A stretch of DNA of 64,000 nucleotides, from NCBI RefSeq assembly GCF_020745735.1, contig NC_083416.1:33319131-33383130 (forward strand), read 5' to 3'. The position numbers and the translations under genes were made by a program. The DNA is from Hemiscyllium ocellatum (Eukaryota). Positions 12,267-24,588 of this stretch are shown piece by piece (position 1 is the stretch's first letter; every line of letters begins with the position of its first letter). The notes under the pieces are model-generated. The model was not told the origin of the DNA. It saw only the letters and a list, made by a program, of their open reading frames with translations, and made no database searches.

Positions 12267-13005
12267 TGTTGATGTATGCTTTGTTCCACAAATCTGGATG
12301 ACACAAGTTTCTGTACAATGGTAGATGCTTTATTATCGGACAGCCAGCAAGAGATTTAAGATGTCCTCAAAGGAGCCGTGTGTCTACTTGTGGTGATACT
12401 TCTCCATGAATCTCTGCCCTACACACAGACAGTATTTTGTATAGGGATTAAACAAAAGGTTTGTCAGTCACATAGTCGATTGTCATTTCATAGTTTAAGA
12501 CAGGTAACCATGAATTTACAAAACCCGATGAATGTTGATGTCCTGTGATAACTTGTGAATGAATTACAGGTACTGATTATCGTATTCTTCATGATCATGT
12601 GTTGACAGGAAGAGATTAAAACAGAAGGTTTTTGCCTGTTCTTCATGGGGGATTCACACATCTGTGCTAAAAGGAGGGGAAGTAAGACTATGGGAGCAGG
12701 AGGCAGTTTAACAGGGTTGTGGCCAAGGCTGTCAGTCTTGTCTGGGAAGGGCAAATGCCTCTATCTGGGGCTACAGGGGGAATCCACATGTGTAGCTCCG
12801 CCTGGGTCTATTTCTGAGATGCAATCAGCCACTCCCCCCCACCCCCAACTGAGATGTTCTGTTTGTATTGTAAGAGTACAGGCTTTCAGTTGATACTGCA
12901 GTAAGTCCTTTGGCAATGGAATGTTTAACCCTTGAGTCTCCAATGTGTCCTGAAAGAGAAGTAAAGCATGGAACTGACCCCCTCTGTGGCATTTTAACTT
13001 CCTCA
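12267..13005 (-). mobile_element. Solo LTR (739 bp), unclassified LTR retroelement or ERV
   Basis: TG...CA termini and 4-bp TSD GTGT (12263-12266 / 13006-13009). The opposite PLE arm shows the empty site. Minus-strand AATAAA at 12334-12329 and a TATA-like TATACAAAA near 12440. Confidence 0.82.
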
Positions 13006-13321
13006 GTGTCATGTTGGCCCAGATGATGCATTTAAGGTGTGAGGTGCCCTGTGTGAGACTGTCTGTGTCACAATTTTCAGATTGATTCTAATCTAAAAAA
13101 AAACCTGATTTATAGAATCTTACATGAATTCATGCAGTTTTTGAACAAAATAAAATGTAATTCTGAGGGCCAGTTGCGAGTGCCTGTGAGGGAGTGTGTG
13201 CATGTGTGTGAGTGTAAAGAGGTATAAGTCTGTGAGAGGGTGCATGTACACGTGTGAGTGTGAGAGTATATGCATTGACGAATGAGAGAGAGCTTGCACA
13301 TAAAAGAGAGTCTGCAAGAGT

Positions 13322-13538
13322 NNNNNNNNNNNNNNNNNNNNNNNNNNNNNNNNNNNNNNNNNNNNNNNNNNNNNNNNNNNNNNNNNNNNNNNNNNNNNNN
13401 NNNNNNNNNNNNNNNNNNNNNNNNNNNNNNNNNNNNNNNNNNNNNNNNNNNNNNNNNNNNNNNNNNNNNNNNNNNNNNNNNNNNNNNNNNNNNNNNNNNN
13501 NNNNNNNNNNNNNNNNNNNNNNNNNNNNNNNNNNNNNN
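13322..13538. other. Assembly gap (217 N) within a (TG)n-rich tract
   Basis: Run of N flanked by TG/GA microsatellite. The mirror (CA)n tract is at 15256-15292. Confidence 0.99.
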
Positions 13539-13567
13539 GTGTGCGTCTGTGTCTGTGTGTGTGTGTC

Positions 13568-13600
<33 letters not shown>

Positions 13601-15251
13601 CTGTGTGTGAGGCACAGTGTGGTCTGCCGTGGTGTATCAAACGTGGTGTATCAGTTGAGGCCGTCCCCTTGGGTACTGAACTTGGCTTTCAGCCTCTGCT
13701 TGGCCACTTTGCATTATTGCCTGTCCTGAAGTCTACCTTGGAGGACAGTCAATTGAAAGTCTGAGGTCAAATGTCCTGGACCGCTGAAGTGTTTTCCAAC
13801 TGGGAGGGAACACTCCTGTCTGTTGATTGTTGTGCGGTTTTCATTCATATATTGCCGTAGCCTCTGCTCGGTCTCGCCAGTGTACAATGGGTGCGGACCA
13901 GTCAAACTGAGAGCATTCCTTGTCACAATGGACATTTCAGCACTCTGTATCAGCATCCCTCACAATGATGGTATTGCGGCAACAGCCTCAGTAGTCAACA
14001 CCAACAACTGCCAGTCTCCAAGCACTGTCCCACAACTCATCCACTTTATCCCCGACCACAACATTTTCACCTTTGACAATCAGCCATGGAAACCAAATGT
14101 GCATCCCAATACACTAACGTTTTTATGCACAGGTTCAAACAAGACTTCTTCTCTACGCAGGACCTCCAACCAACACTATACATCAGGTATATTGACAACA
14201 TTTTCTTCCTCTGGACCCATGGCGAGGAGTCACTGAGAAAACTATACAATGATATCAACGAGTTTCATCCCACCATCAAACTCACCATGCTATCTGCCCC
14301 ATTCTTGGACACATGTGTCTCCATCAAGGATGGGCACTTCAGCACCTCACTCTACTGCAAACCCATGGATAACCTCTTGATGCTACACTTCTCCAGCTTC
14401 CACCCAAAACATATTAAAACAGCTATCCCCTATGGACAAGCCCTACGCATACACAGGACCTGTTCAGATGAGGAGGAACGTGACGGGCACCTGCAAGTAC
14501 TCAAGCCCTTATAAAAATAGGGTATGATGCTCAACTCATCCACTGCCAGTTCTGACGTGCCACAGCGAGAAACCATAATGACCTTTTTAGGAGGCAAACA
14601 CAAGCTGCAACCGACAGGGTACCCTTCACTGTCCAGTACCTCCCAGGAGTCAAATAACTACACCATGTTCTTCACAGCCTGCAACACATTATCAATGAGG
14701 ATGAGCACCTCACCAAGACCTTCCCCATACCTCCATATCTCATCTTTAAATAACCACCAAACCTCAAACAGATCATTGTTTGTAGCAAACTGCCGGGCTT
14801 TCAGGACAATGGCATACAACCTTGTCACAGTAGATGCTGCAAGATATGTCAGAATGTCAACACGGACACCACTATTATGCATGGAGACACCTGCCAAGGT
14901 GTATGTGGCAGGTATTCATGCAACTCAGCCAATGTTGTCTATCTCATACGCTGCAGGCAAGGATGCCCTGAGGCCTGGTACATTGGCGAGACCGAGCAGA
15001 GGCTACAGCAATGGATGAATGGATACTGTAAAACAATCAACAGACAGGAGTGTTCCCTCCCAGTCAGAGAACACTTCAGCGGTTCAGGACATTTGACCTT
15101 GAATCTTCGGGTGACCATCCTCTAAGGCGGACTTTGGGACAGGCAACAATGCAAAGTGGCTGAGCAGCGGCTGAAAGCCAAGTTCAGTACCCATGATGAT
15201 GGCCTCAACTGAGACCTTAGCTTCATGACACACTACCAGAGACCCCACTGC

Positions 15252-15295
<44 letters not shown>

Positions 15296-15673
15296 GTGGA
15301 GTGAACTTGTGCTTGCAGAATTACATTTTATTTTGCTCAAAATCTGCATGAATTCATGTAAGATTCTGTATATCTGTTATTTAGAATAGAATCAGTCTGA
15401 CCACTGTGGCACAGACAGTCTCACAGAGGGCACCTCACACCTTAAATGCATTATCTGGCCGACATGACACCAATTGTTAACGTTCACTTGAGAATGTAAC
15501 TTTAAAAACATTCTGGGATTTACATCTGAAAGAACTGAAACCAACACGTTCATTCTAAAAGATGAAAGACTTAACAAACAAACCAGGTCTTTTTCAATAT
15601 ATAATTCCAGTTACATCACACTGTAAACTTCTCCTATAAATTCGATGTGTCTTACGATCTTATACTCCACAAC

Positions 15674-15708
15674 CACCTGATGAAGGAGCAGCGCTCCGAA
15701 ATCTAGTC
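15674..15708 (+). ncRNA. Decayed hammerhead motif in the PLE 3' terminal repeat (mirror copy at 12029-12063, minus)
   Basis: CAC-CTGATGA-A-GGAGC-AGC-GCTCC-GAAA-TCTAGT; stem III is mutated. Confidence 0.65.
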
Positions 15709-16187
15709 CTTCCAAGCAAACCTGTTGGACTATAACCTGGTGTTGTGTGATTTTTAACTTTGTATACCGCAGTCCAACACCAGCTCCTCCATATCATGAC
15801 CGAGGCATAGCTCTGTCCACTGCATATAAGGGAACCAGCTGAACGGGAAGAAGAGGAAGGGGTAAAGTTACCCAGCAGCCTCTTTGTGACCACCTTGACT
15901 ATGATCACACATCTGACCATGATTTCAGTAAAATTAATCCCAATTTCCAATTCAACAACAGTCCCATAATCCTTCATTTCGTCCAGCACTGATCGGCACA
16001 GTTTCCCTGACCACAATGCAAAAGCAAAAGGAGAACCTATGAACGATTAGAAACAAGATGAATAAGTCAAAACATATAATGTTCGATTAAAACTCAATTA
16101 ATCACTCTTGCTCATTCCCTTGACAGAAGTTACAGCTTGCTGACTCATGTGCTGACTCATATATATATATATATATATATATCTCGC

Positions 16188-16312
16188 TCACCTGATGAAG
16201 GTGCAGCTCTCCGAAAGCTTGTGATTTCAAATAAACCTGTTGGACTATAATCTGGTGTCATGTGACTTCTGATCTTGTCCACCCCAGTCTAACACTGGCT
16301 TCTCCATATCAT
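16188..16312 (+). mobile_element. Single-arm PLE family A 3' end, with a hammerhead motif at 16188-16224, next to (TA)n
   Basis: TCAC-CTGATGA-AGGTGCAGCTCTCC-GAA-AGCT-T-GTGA, then AATAAA and the family A tail. Preceded by a (TA) run at about 16160-16182. Confidence 0.8.
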
Positions 16313-16449
16313 ATACCTCCTTAGAGTTGATCAGCCGAGATATCTTCAGTTGCCCATTATGGGTGTTTGACTGGGGAAGTAAACATTTTCAGCCCCACAC
16401 CTGAGAAATTGAAAGATTGCCATTCACTCAGCATTGGCTCTGTCACTGA

Positions 16450-17150
16450 TAATGACTGATCTGGAGGTATTGCAGGTATCCTTTCTAATGGAGGCAAGAG
16501 TTTTACTGTGTAGACCTTTTTCGATATATGTGGCAACCAGTAATTCTGCTGTTCTGAAACTGTGCCCTACACATCTTCTAGAAATGACCTACAGTTTTGA
16601 AGGTGTAGCATTCCTTAATGATGGTAGGACATTGTCTATGCCTGTAAACCTTGTTGCCCCTGAGTACTGATTCTGTTGTTTTAATATTAGGTGTTTGACT
16701 TGTTCTCTATGTACTTTTACCACCTACTTTCTCAACAATGTCCACAATTTTAATAGACTTTGCTGCCCTCTTGAGGTAGTATTTGTCTTCTCTGCTCAGG
16801 ATCTCTCTTTGAAAGTACACGGTCAGAAAACATGGTTAGCTTTCTCCAAAGTTAATTCTTCAATGGACTGTAAGAAATCTGACAAAGCTTATTCAAGAAT
16901 TCCAATAAGTCTGATTTCAAACTTTAATTATCACAGTTTAAATTCAATTACTCAACAAGTTTATTTGCTATTAAATTGAAGGAATAATCAAAAGGTTTTA
17001 AGAAATCTTCAAAATTTTCTCTGGTAACGACAGCATTGGTAATTGAACCCACTATTACTATATGATCTTGCACAGTTTTTAAGTTGTTTATGTCTCTGCT
17101 GATCTTATTACTGGATAAGTCTGGCTGAAACATGGCTTCGTAGAACATAT
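16450..17150 (-). mobile_element. Decayed Ty3/Gypsy-type gag relic
   Basis: My minus-strand translation gives IRLIGILE*ALSDFLQSIEELTLEKA and a degenerate zinc knuckle QCPTIIKECYTFKTVGHF*KMCRA. Confidence 0.7.
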
Positions 17151-18249
17151 TTTGCTTTGTTTGACTTTAACAAAGTGGTCTCTTGCTGAAACATAAGTGG
17201 ACACTGTTGCAGTGTTTGCTTAGGGAAATTGTAATAACTCATCTACTGAAAACTCAAGGAAAACTCTTTGTTTCCATCTGCAGTGTATGTTCATGACCAA
17301 TAAAATGGCTGAAGCCAATGTAACATGAATATAAGCTCTCCAGAACTATTACCTTATACATGTATATCCAAGTAATGTTAGGAGGATGGTGTGTTGAATA
17401 GTATATGTGAGGTTCATGGGATATTATATTTAAAGTTACATTCAATGATGTTGACCAGTCATGTGAGGATATTGAACTTTTTGCAATACTATGTTCGATA
17501 TTAGCTTCCTAATTTTTGAATCCTGTCATGGAATGCCACAACAATCCAGTCCAATCATCTTTGCAATCTTTGCTTGAAGGGTCTCCAGTAGTAAGATCAC
17601 ATTTTCTCTACCTACCCATTCTTCCACCTAGGTGTCTAGCATAGCATTGGAAAATCCTGGAGCATCTTTACTCCAATTTTGCACGATTATTGAGCATTTC
17701 CTAAAATGTGAATCAGTTACAGAATGATTTTGAGCAGTTGATTCAATCAGAATGCTGCTTTGCTATAAGGAGTGCAGGTTGCCTTGCCTTGCCTTACATC
17801 AACTTAATCCATCTGCTGAATATGCTGTTACTAAACTGTTTGTTCGTCACTGGTTACATGCAACAATTGTGCTAATTAGCATACAGCACGATGTTGATTT
17901 GCTGCTTGGTTTGAAAGTATTGAACATGGCTTAATAATACATCATAAATCCTATGTTCATTTTTTAGGAGCTGTTACATCTTGTTTCCCATTTAGCGCCT
18001 GCCAAATTCTATAGAAAACACAATGTTTTAACCACTGTCAGAATCAAAACTTACTTGTGCAGAAATTGCAGCTTATAAATCCATTTGTTAACAAGTGGTG
18101 TAGATTCCGCAGTAACAACAGATTAATGAGGTAGAAATAAGATGAATAGACAGAATAAAAAATATAAACAAGAATGCCAATTGTTGCAAATGCATCAATG
18201 GTATGACAGATTTTTTTTTTCTGTACCCTTCTTCAACCATGGAAATGAA

Positions 18250-18432
18250 AACACCCACCTTAACAGACCAGACTATATTAATATCAAATGGAGTGGAACA
18301 ACAATACCTCACGGAAGTCGCATTGATGATGTTACCTAGCATGGTGACAAAATGTCTGCATAACAACCCACCAACTCAGCGAGCAAGCCAACACCTGCAT
18401 CGACAAAAGCTACAAATCTGATCTATAAATTT
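18250..18432 (+). mobile_element. Old single-arm PLE terminal repeat (family C/D-like) with a dead hammerhead
   Basis: gca-TTGATGA-tgttacctagcatggtgac-AAAATGTC-tgc...ctcagcgagcaagcc...gctacaaatc, homologous to 31987-32100. Confidence 0.7.
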
Positions 18433-18549
18433 TCACAAAAACCTTAGGAAGTTAAGCTAGCAGAATATAATTTATGGAGATCCTGTGTTGTCATCAATAT
18501 TGAATTCAACTGCTTGCTCACAATATTCAAGTCAATGGAGACAGCATTA

Positions 18550-18688
18550 AAGCCCCTCATTCCTGATGAAGGGCTTTTGCCTGAAACAGTGATTTTCCTG
18601 CTCCTTGGATGCTGCCTGACCTGCTTTGCTTTTCCAGCACCAGACTCTCAACTCTAATCTCCAGCATCTGCAATCCTTATTTTCACGC
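18550..18688 (+). mobile_element. PLE family B 3' end with an 11-nt micro-inversion
   Basis: TSD ACAGCATTA at 18541-18549 and 18689-18697. Decayed hammerhead attc-CTGATGA-agggcttttgcct-GAAAC. The leading aagcccctcat is the inverse of atgaagggctt with one mismatch. Confidence 0.8.
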
Positions 18689-21600
18689 ACAGCATTACAA
18701 ACTATCTAACCTCCATTATGGTTGGAAGCTGTTGCTGCAAATATTATCTTATTTATAAAGGAGTCAGTGTGTAGTCCCTAGGTTGGATCGTGATTGGCAA
18801 AAGGATATTTGCAGTTGAAGAAGGAACAATAAATTAAACAAGTATTCCTCACATGCAAATTTGTTATAATTCAGTCATTCATTTTGCAATCAGGTAGCCA
18901 TGAAAGTGTAAAATAAAGTTAGCCTGCCTTTCTGAATGGCACTTGATTATGTTCTTTGTTTTTAACAAACAGCAATTTGTTTCAGTTTATGTTCGTTTCA
19001 TATATTTGTCCAATTTTCTGCAGACATAATAACTCATGTGAATTTTTAAGTTGCCAAATTAAAGTTAACTTGTCAGTTGTTTTCAATATATTCATCCTGT
19101 AAGACACTGTGAATGAGAAATAAAGTGAAAAATGAAAAAAGTTATCACCAACAGTTTATATGGAAACCATTGCACAATTTTGAACAAATTCATTTATAAT
19201 CAATATTGGAGAAGTTCATACTTTGTACAAACACTGTAAATGTGAGAATAGATTAATAACAATATTCAAAAACAGTTTAACCATGCATAAAATTACATTG
19301 GGATAGGAAGAAGTAAGAAAGTGAATGTAACAAATTTCCAGATTGTAAATAAAAGCTATCAACATGGCTGCATTTTCTTTTCATTATTAGAATAATATAA
19401 CTTATTCCATTCTTTAGAGAAGCATTAACCAAGGGTTGGGTGTTAGCAAGATGGTAAGATTGTCAATATTCACCATCATTACTCCGCATGCACATGCACA
19501 GAATAACAGGTCAATTGTAATCAGTGTTTCTAAGCTGCTTCAAAGAGTATGGTTATGAGGTTGCTCCAGTCTACAATTCCTGAGCAATAAGTGAATCACT
19601 GAGAATTACAGTATTACTTTAACATCAATAACCTTACTGTAAGAGTCCTTTAAAAAGGTTATAGTTGATTGTTGAATAAAGTGTAATTGAGTTTCAAACT
19701 GTGTTCTAACTTCATATGGCAGAATTTTTCACATGTCACGATCTCCTGTTTTGATACCAAAAAGTAAGGAACGCACCCCAGTTCCTTAACAGTTGAACCA
19801 CAGCCGTTGATGCTGGGATGCAGTCATTAGTTGAATGTGGGCCTTCTGACACTAGCTGGGATGGAGGTTATGCCTTATGAGAGTAGCTGGCAATTCTTTA
19901 GTTCTGGCAATGCTTAAGGGCCAATGCTGACTGCCGGAAATAGATAGCATCCCACTGAGCTAAGTGCCAGGAGCCCAGGTAAATCTGAGAGGTTCTTGGT
20001 AATGCCAATAGAGGACATGATGGATGGATTCGGAGTGTAGGTTGGTTGCAAAGGCTAGGAGTCTCATCTGGATAGAGGTTGGAGTGTCTGATCAAGAAAA
20101 AGGGATCATGACCTTCCATCCCTTCCACAACAAGTAGAGTGGTCTTTCAGGTTTCATCTCTGCCCCGAACAGACAACTGGGCATGAAATAATTAATGAAC
20201 AGCCAATTATTATTTTTTGAGTGGGAGCAGAAGCGGAGGTAAGATGAACCAGGAAGGCTACAGCTAAGGTAAGGGAGATTTTTAAAATTACTTACCGGTA
20301 GTGGCCAGCGGTGTTTTTCCTCCACGGTAGGAAGGGAGCAGCGGTGGAAGTGACGCAGGCCAGAGGGGCTGCCAGGAAGGAAAGTAAGTGACCATATATA
20401 TCAGCAAGGTGGCTAAACTCGAGGCACTACTACTGTAGGGTCTCCCACCCGCTCTCTTCCTCTAACCAAGTTAATAAGGTACGGTTCATTTCTAAACTTT
20501 CTTTATTGAATATAAGTTTATTGCTTGATTTTATAGCAATTGAATTAAGCTTTCTTGTTTAGTATAGTGTGGGCGTTCAGATAAGTGGGGTATGGATGCT
20601 AGGGCAGTTGCTTGCCCCTCCTGCAGAATGTGGCAGGTGAGAGACATGACACATGTCTCCGCTGGCTACATCTGTGGGAAGTGTACCCAACTCCAGCTCC
20701 TTGAAAACAGTGTTGGGAATTGGAGCTGGAGCTGGATGAACTGCGGATCATTTGGAAGGCTGAGGGGGTAATTGAGAGAAGTTGTCGGCAGTTGGTCACT
20801 CCTGAGGCTCAGGATAAGGATAGATGGGTTACAGTCAGGGGGAGGAAAGGGGACAGACAGACAGTGCAGAGATCCCCTGTAGACATTCCCCTCAGCAATA
20901 AATATATAGTTTTGGATACTGCTGGGGTGGGGGAAATGACCTACCAGAGGAAAGCCATAGTGGTCAGTTCTCTGGCACTGAGCCTGACATTGTGGCCCAG
21001 AAGGGAAGCAGGCAGAATAGAAAAGCGCGAGTGGTAGGAGACTCGATTGTTAGGAGAATTGACAGGAGATTTTGTGGTCAGGATCGGGATTCCCAGAAGG
21101 TATGTTGCCTCTCTTGTGCCAGGGTCCGGGACGTCTCCGATCGGATGTATAAGATTCTGAAAGGGGAGGGCAAACAGCCAGAAATCGTGTTACATATTGG
21201 CACCAATGATATAGCCAGGAAAAGGATTGAGGATATAAAAAATGATTTCAGGAAGTTAGGGTGGAAGCTGCAGAGCAGGACGAACAGAGTAGTGTTCTCG
21301 GGTTTACTCCCGGTGCCACAAGATAGCGAGGTGAGGAACAGGGAGTGGGCGCAGCTTAACATGTGGCTGCACAGCTGGTGTAGGAGGGAGGGCTTCAGAT
21401 ATGTAGATAATTATCTGGGCCACAGATAATTGGGATGCCTTCTGGGGAAGGTGGGACCTATACAAGAAGGACAGGTTGCACCTGAACTGGAAGGGGACCA
21501 ATGTCCTGGGTGGAAGGTTTGCTCGAGTGGTTCAGGAGGGTTTAAACTCGTATGACAGTGGCGGTGGGAACCTGAGCTGTATGCCGGTGGTGAGAGTTGA

Positions 21601-24115
21601 TGGAGATGAGGCAATAGCAAGAGGAGCGCAGCTAGTGGGAAGGAATTTCCTGGGAAAGAACCAAGGGATCTGTTAAAGTGTGTTTGCTTTAATGCAAGGA
21701 GTATCAGGAATAAAAGTGATGAGCTTAGAGCATGGATCAGTATCGGGTGCTATGATGTTGTGGTCATAACAGAGACGTGGGTTTCTCAGGGGCAGGGTTT
21801 AGAACATTTAAAAAGAATAGGGAGGGGGGGAAAGAGGAGGGGGTGTAGCACTGCTGATCAGAGAGGGTATCACAGCTGCAGAAGTTACCATTGTCGAGGA
21901 GGGTCTGCCTACGGAGTCAGTATGGGTGGAAATTAGGAACAGTAAGAGAGCAGTCACCTCATTAGGGGTTTACTACAGGCCCCCCAATAGCAGCAGGGAG
22001 ATTGAAGAGAGCATAGGTTGGCAGATTTTCAAAATGTGTGAATGTAGTAGAGTTGTTGTGATGGGTGACTTTGACTTTCCCAATATTGATTGGAACCTCT
22101 TTCGAGCAGATGGTTTGGAAGGAGTTGTTTTGTAAGGTGTGTTCAGGAGGGTTTCCTAATTCAGTACGTTGACAGGCCGACGAGGGGAGAGGCCATTTTG
22201 AATTTGGTGCTCAGCAATGAGCGGGGCAGGTGTCAGATCTTGCGGTGGGAGAGCATTTTGGTGATAGTGACCACAACTGCCTCACATTCTACATGGCTAT
22301 GGAGAAGGAGAGAAGCAGGCACAATGGGAGGATATTTAATTGGGGAAAAGGAAACTATGATACTATCAGACGTGCATTGGGAAGCATGGACTTGGAGCAA
22401 TTGTTCAATGGAAAAGGCACTATAGACATGTGTAGACTGTTTAAGGAACAGTTGTTGCGAGTGATGCACAAATGTGTTCCTCTGAGACAGGCAAGAAGGG
22501 GTAAGATAAAGGAACCTTGGATGACGAGAGCGGAGGAGCTTCTTGTCAAAAGAAAGAAGGCAGCTTACGTAAGGTGGAGGGAGCCAGGGTCTTACTCAGC
22601 TCTAGAGGATTACAGGCAGGTGAGGAAGGAGCTCAAAAATAGTCTGAGGAGAGCCAGGAGGGGGCACGAAAAAAGCTTGGCAGGAAGGATTAGGGAGAAT
22701 CCAAAGGCATTTTACACGTATGTGAGGAATAAAAGAATGATCAAAGAAAGAGTAGGGCCGATCAGGGATAGCGTAGGGAACTTGTGTATAGAGTCTGAGA
22801 AGGTAGGGGAAGCCCTAAATGAGTTTTTTGCTTCTGTCTTTACTAAAGAAAAGGACCTTGTAGTGAATGAAACCATTGAGGAGCAGGTAAACATGCTGGA
22901 ACAGATAGAGATTGAGGAAGCTGATGTGCTGAAAACTTTGACAAACATTAAGATTGACAAGTCACCAGGGCCAGACCAGATTTGTCCTCGGCTGCATTGG
23001 GAAATGAGAAATGTGATTGCTTCGCCGCTTGCGAAGATCTTTGCATCCTTGCCCTCCACCGGAGTCGTACCTGAGGACTGGAGGGAGGCAAATGTAATTC
23101 CTCTCTTCAAGAAAGGAAATAGGGAAATCCCCAGCAATTACAGACCAGTCAGTCTCACATCTGTCGTCTGTAAAGGATTCTGAGGGATAGAAATTATAAC
23201 CATCTGGAACAGCATGGCTTGATTAAAGGCAGTCAGCACGGCTTTGTGAGGGGCAGGTCATGCTTCACAAATCTTATTGAGTTCTTTGAAGATGTTACTA
23301 GAAAGTTGATGAGGGTCATCTGGTGGATGCGGTGTATATGGACTTCAGCAAGGCATTTGATAAGGTTCCCCATGGTAGGCTCTTTCAGAAGGTCAGGAGG
23401 AATGCGATACAGGGAAATTTAGCTGTCTGGATACAGAATTGGCTGGTCGACAGAAGACTGCGTGTAGCAGTGGAAGGAAAGTATTCTGCCTGGAAGTCAG
23501 TGGTGAGTGGTGTTCCACAGGGCTCTGTTCTTGGGCCTCTACTCTTTGTAATTTTTATTAATGACTTGGATGAGGAGATTGAAGGATGGGTTAGCAAGTT
23601 TGCAGATGACACAAAGGTTGGAGGTGTCGTTGACAGTATAGAGGATTGTTGTAGGCTGCAGTGTGACATTGACAGGACGCAGAGATGGGCTGAGATGTGG
23701 CAGATGGAGTTCAACCTGGATAAATGTGAAGTGATGCATTTTGGAAGGTCGAACTTGAAAGTTGAGTACAGGATTAAAGACAGGATTCTTGGCAGTGTGG
23801 AGGAACAATAGGATCTTGGTATGCAGATACATAGATCCCTTAAAATTGCCACCCAGGTGGACAGGGTTGTTAAGAAAGCATATGGTGTTTTGGCTTTCGT
23901 TAACAGGGGGATTGAGTTTAAGAGCTGTGAGATCTTGTTGCAGCTTTATAAAACTTTGGTTAGACCGCATTTGGAATACAGTGTCCAGTTCTGGTCGCCC
24001 TATTATAGGAAAGATGTGGATGCTTTGGAGAGGGTTCAGAGGAGGTTTACCAGGATGCTGCCTGGACTGGAGGGCTTATCTTACGAAGAGAGGCTGACTG
24101 AGCTTGGACTTTTTT

Positions 24116-24588
24116 GTGCGAAGATTTGTAGCTCGGGTGCTCGTTGTTGTGGTTCTGTTCGCCGAGCTGGAAGTTTTTGTTGCAAACGTTTCGTCCCCTG
24201 GCTAGGCGACATCATCAGTGCTTTGGAGCCTCCTGCGAAGCGCTTCTTTGATGTTTCTTCCGGTATTTATAGTGGTCTGTCCTTGCCGCTTCCAGTTGTC
24301 AGTTTCAGCTGTCCACTGTAATGGTTGGTATATTGGGTCCAGATAGTGGTGTTGTCCCAGTCGAATTCATGTTGCTTGTTGTCTGTGTGTGTGGCTACTA
24401 GGGATAGCTGGTCGTGTCGTTTCATGGCTAGTTGATGTTCATGTATGCAGACAGACCACTATAAATACCAGAAGAAACATCAAAGAAGCGCTTCGCAGGA
24501 GGCTCCAAAGCACTGATGATGTCGCCTAGCCAGGGGACGAAACGTTTGCAACAAAAACTTCCAGCTCGGCGAACAGAACCACAACATC
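24116..24588 (-). mobile_element. Internally deleted fold-back PLE, family C, inserted in CR1 ORF2
   Basis: About 135-bp near-identical inverted arms. TSD GGACTTTTTT at 24106-24115 and 24589-24598. The spacer encodes a GIY-YIG remnant IHEHQLAMKRHDQLSLVATH..HEFDWDNT|LDPIYQPL on the minus strand. Confidence 0.92.
24510..24549 (+). ncRNA. Minimal hammerhead ribozyme motif (family C; mirror copy 24182-24221, minus)
   Basis: GCA-CTGATGA-T-GTCGCCT-AGCC-AGGGGAC-GAA-ACGT-T-TGC, identical in both arms. Confidence 0.82.

Larger units (their letters stand above)
11979..15799 (+). mobile_element. 5'-truncated, 5'-inverted Penelope-like retroelement (RT plus GIY-YIG), family A, decayed
   Basis: RT motifs FLVTMDISAL..IPH, TKCASQYTNVFM, YIRYIDNIFFLW; Cys linker PCHSRCCKIC; GIY-YIG VVYLIRC..WYIGET. 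The segment 11979-13885 is an inverted copy of about 14978-15760. Degenerate TSD atcatga(t/c)c(a/g)ag. Confidence 0.92.

Noticed and set aside
13110-13764. Long ORFs with X runs and HT/CV repeats
   Set aside because: They are read-through of an N gap and a (TG)n microsatellite.
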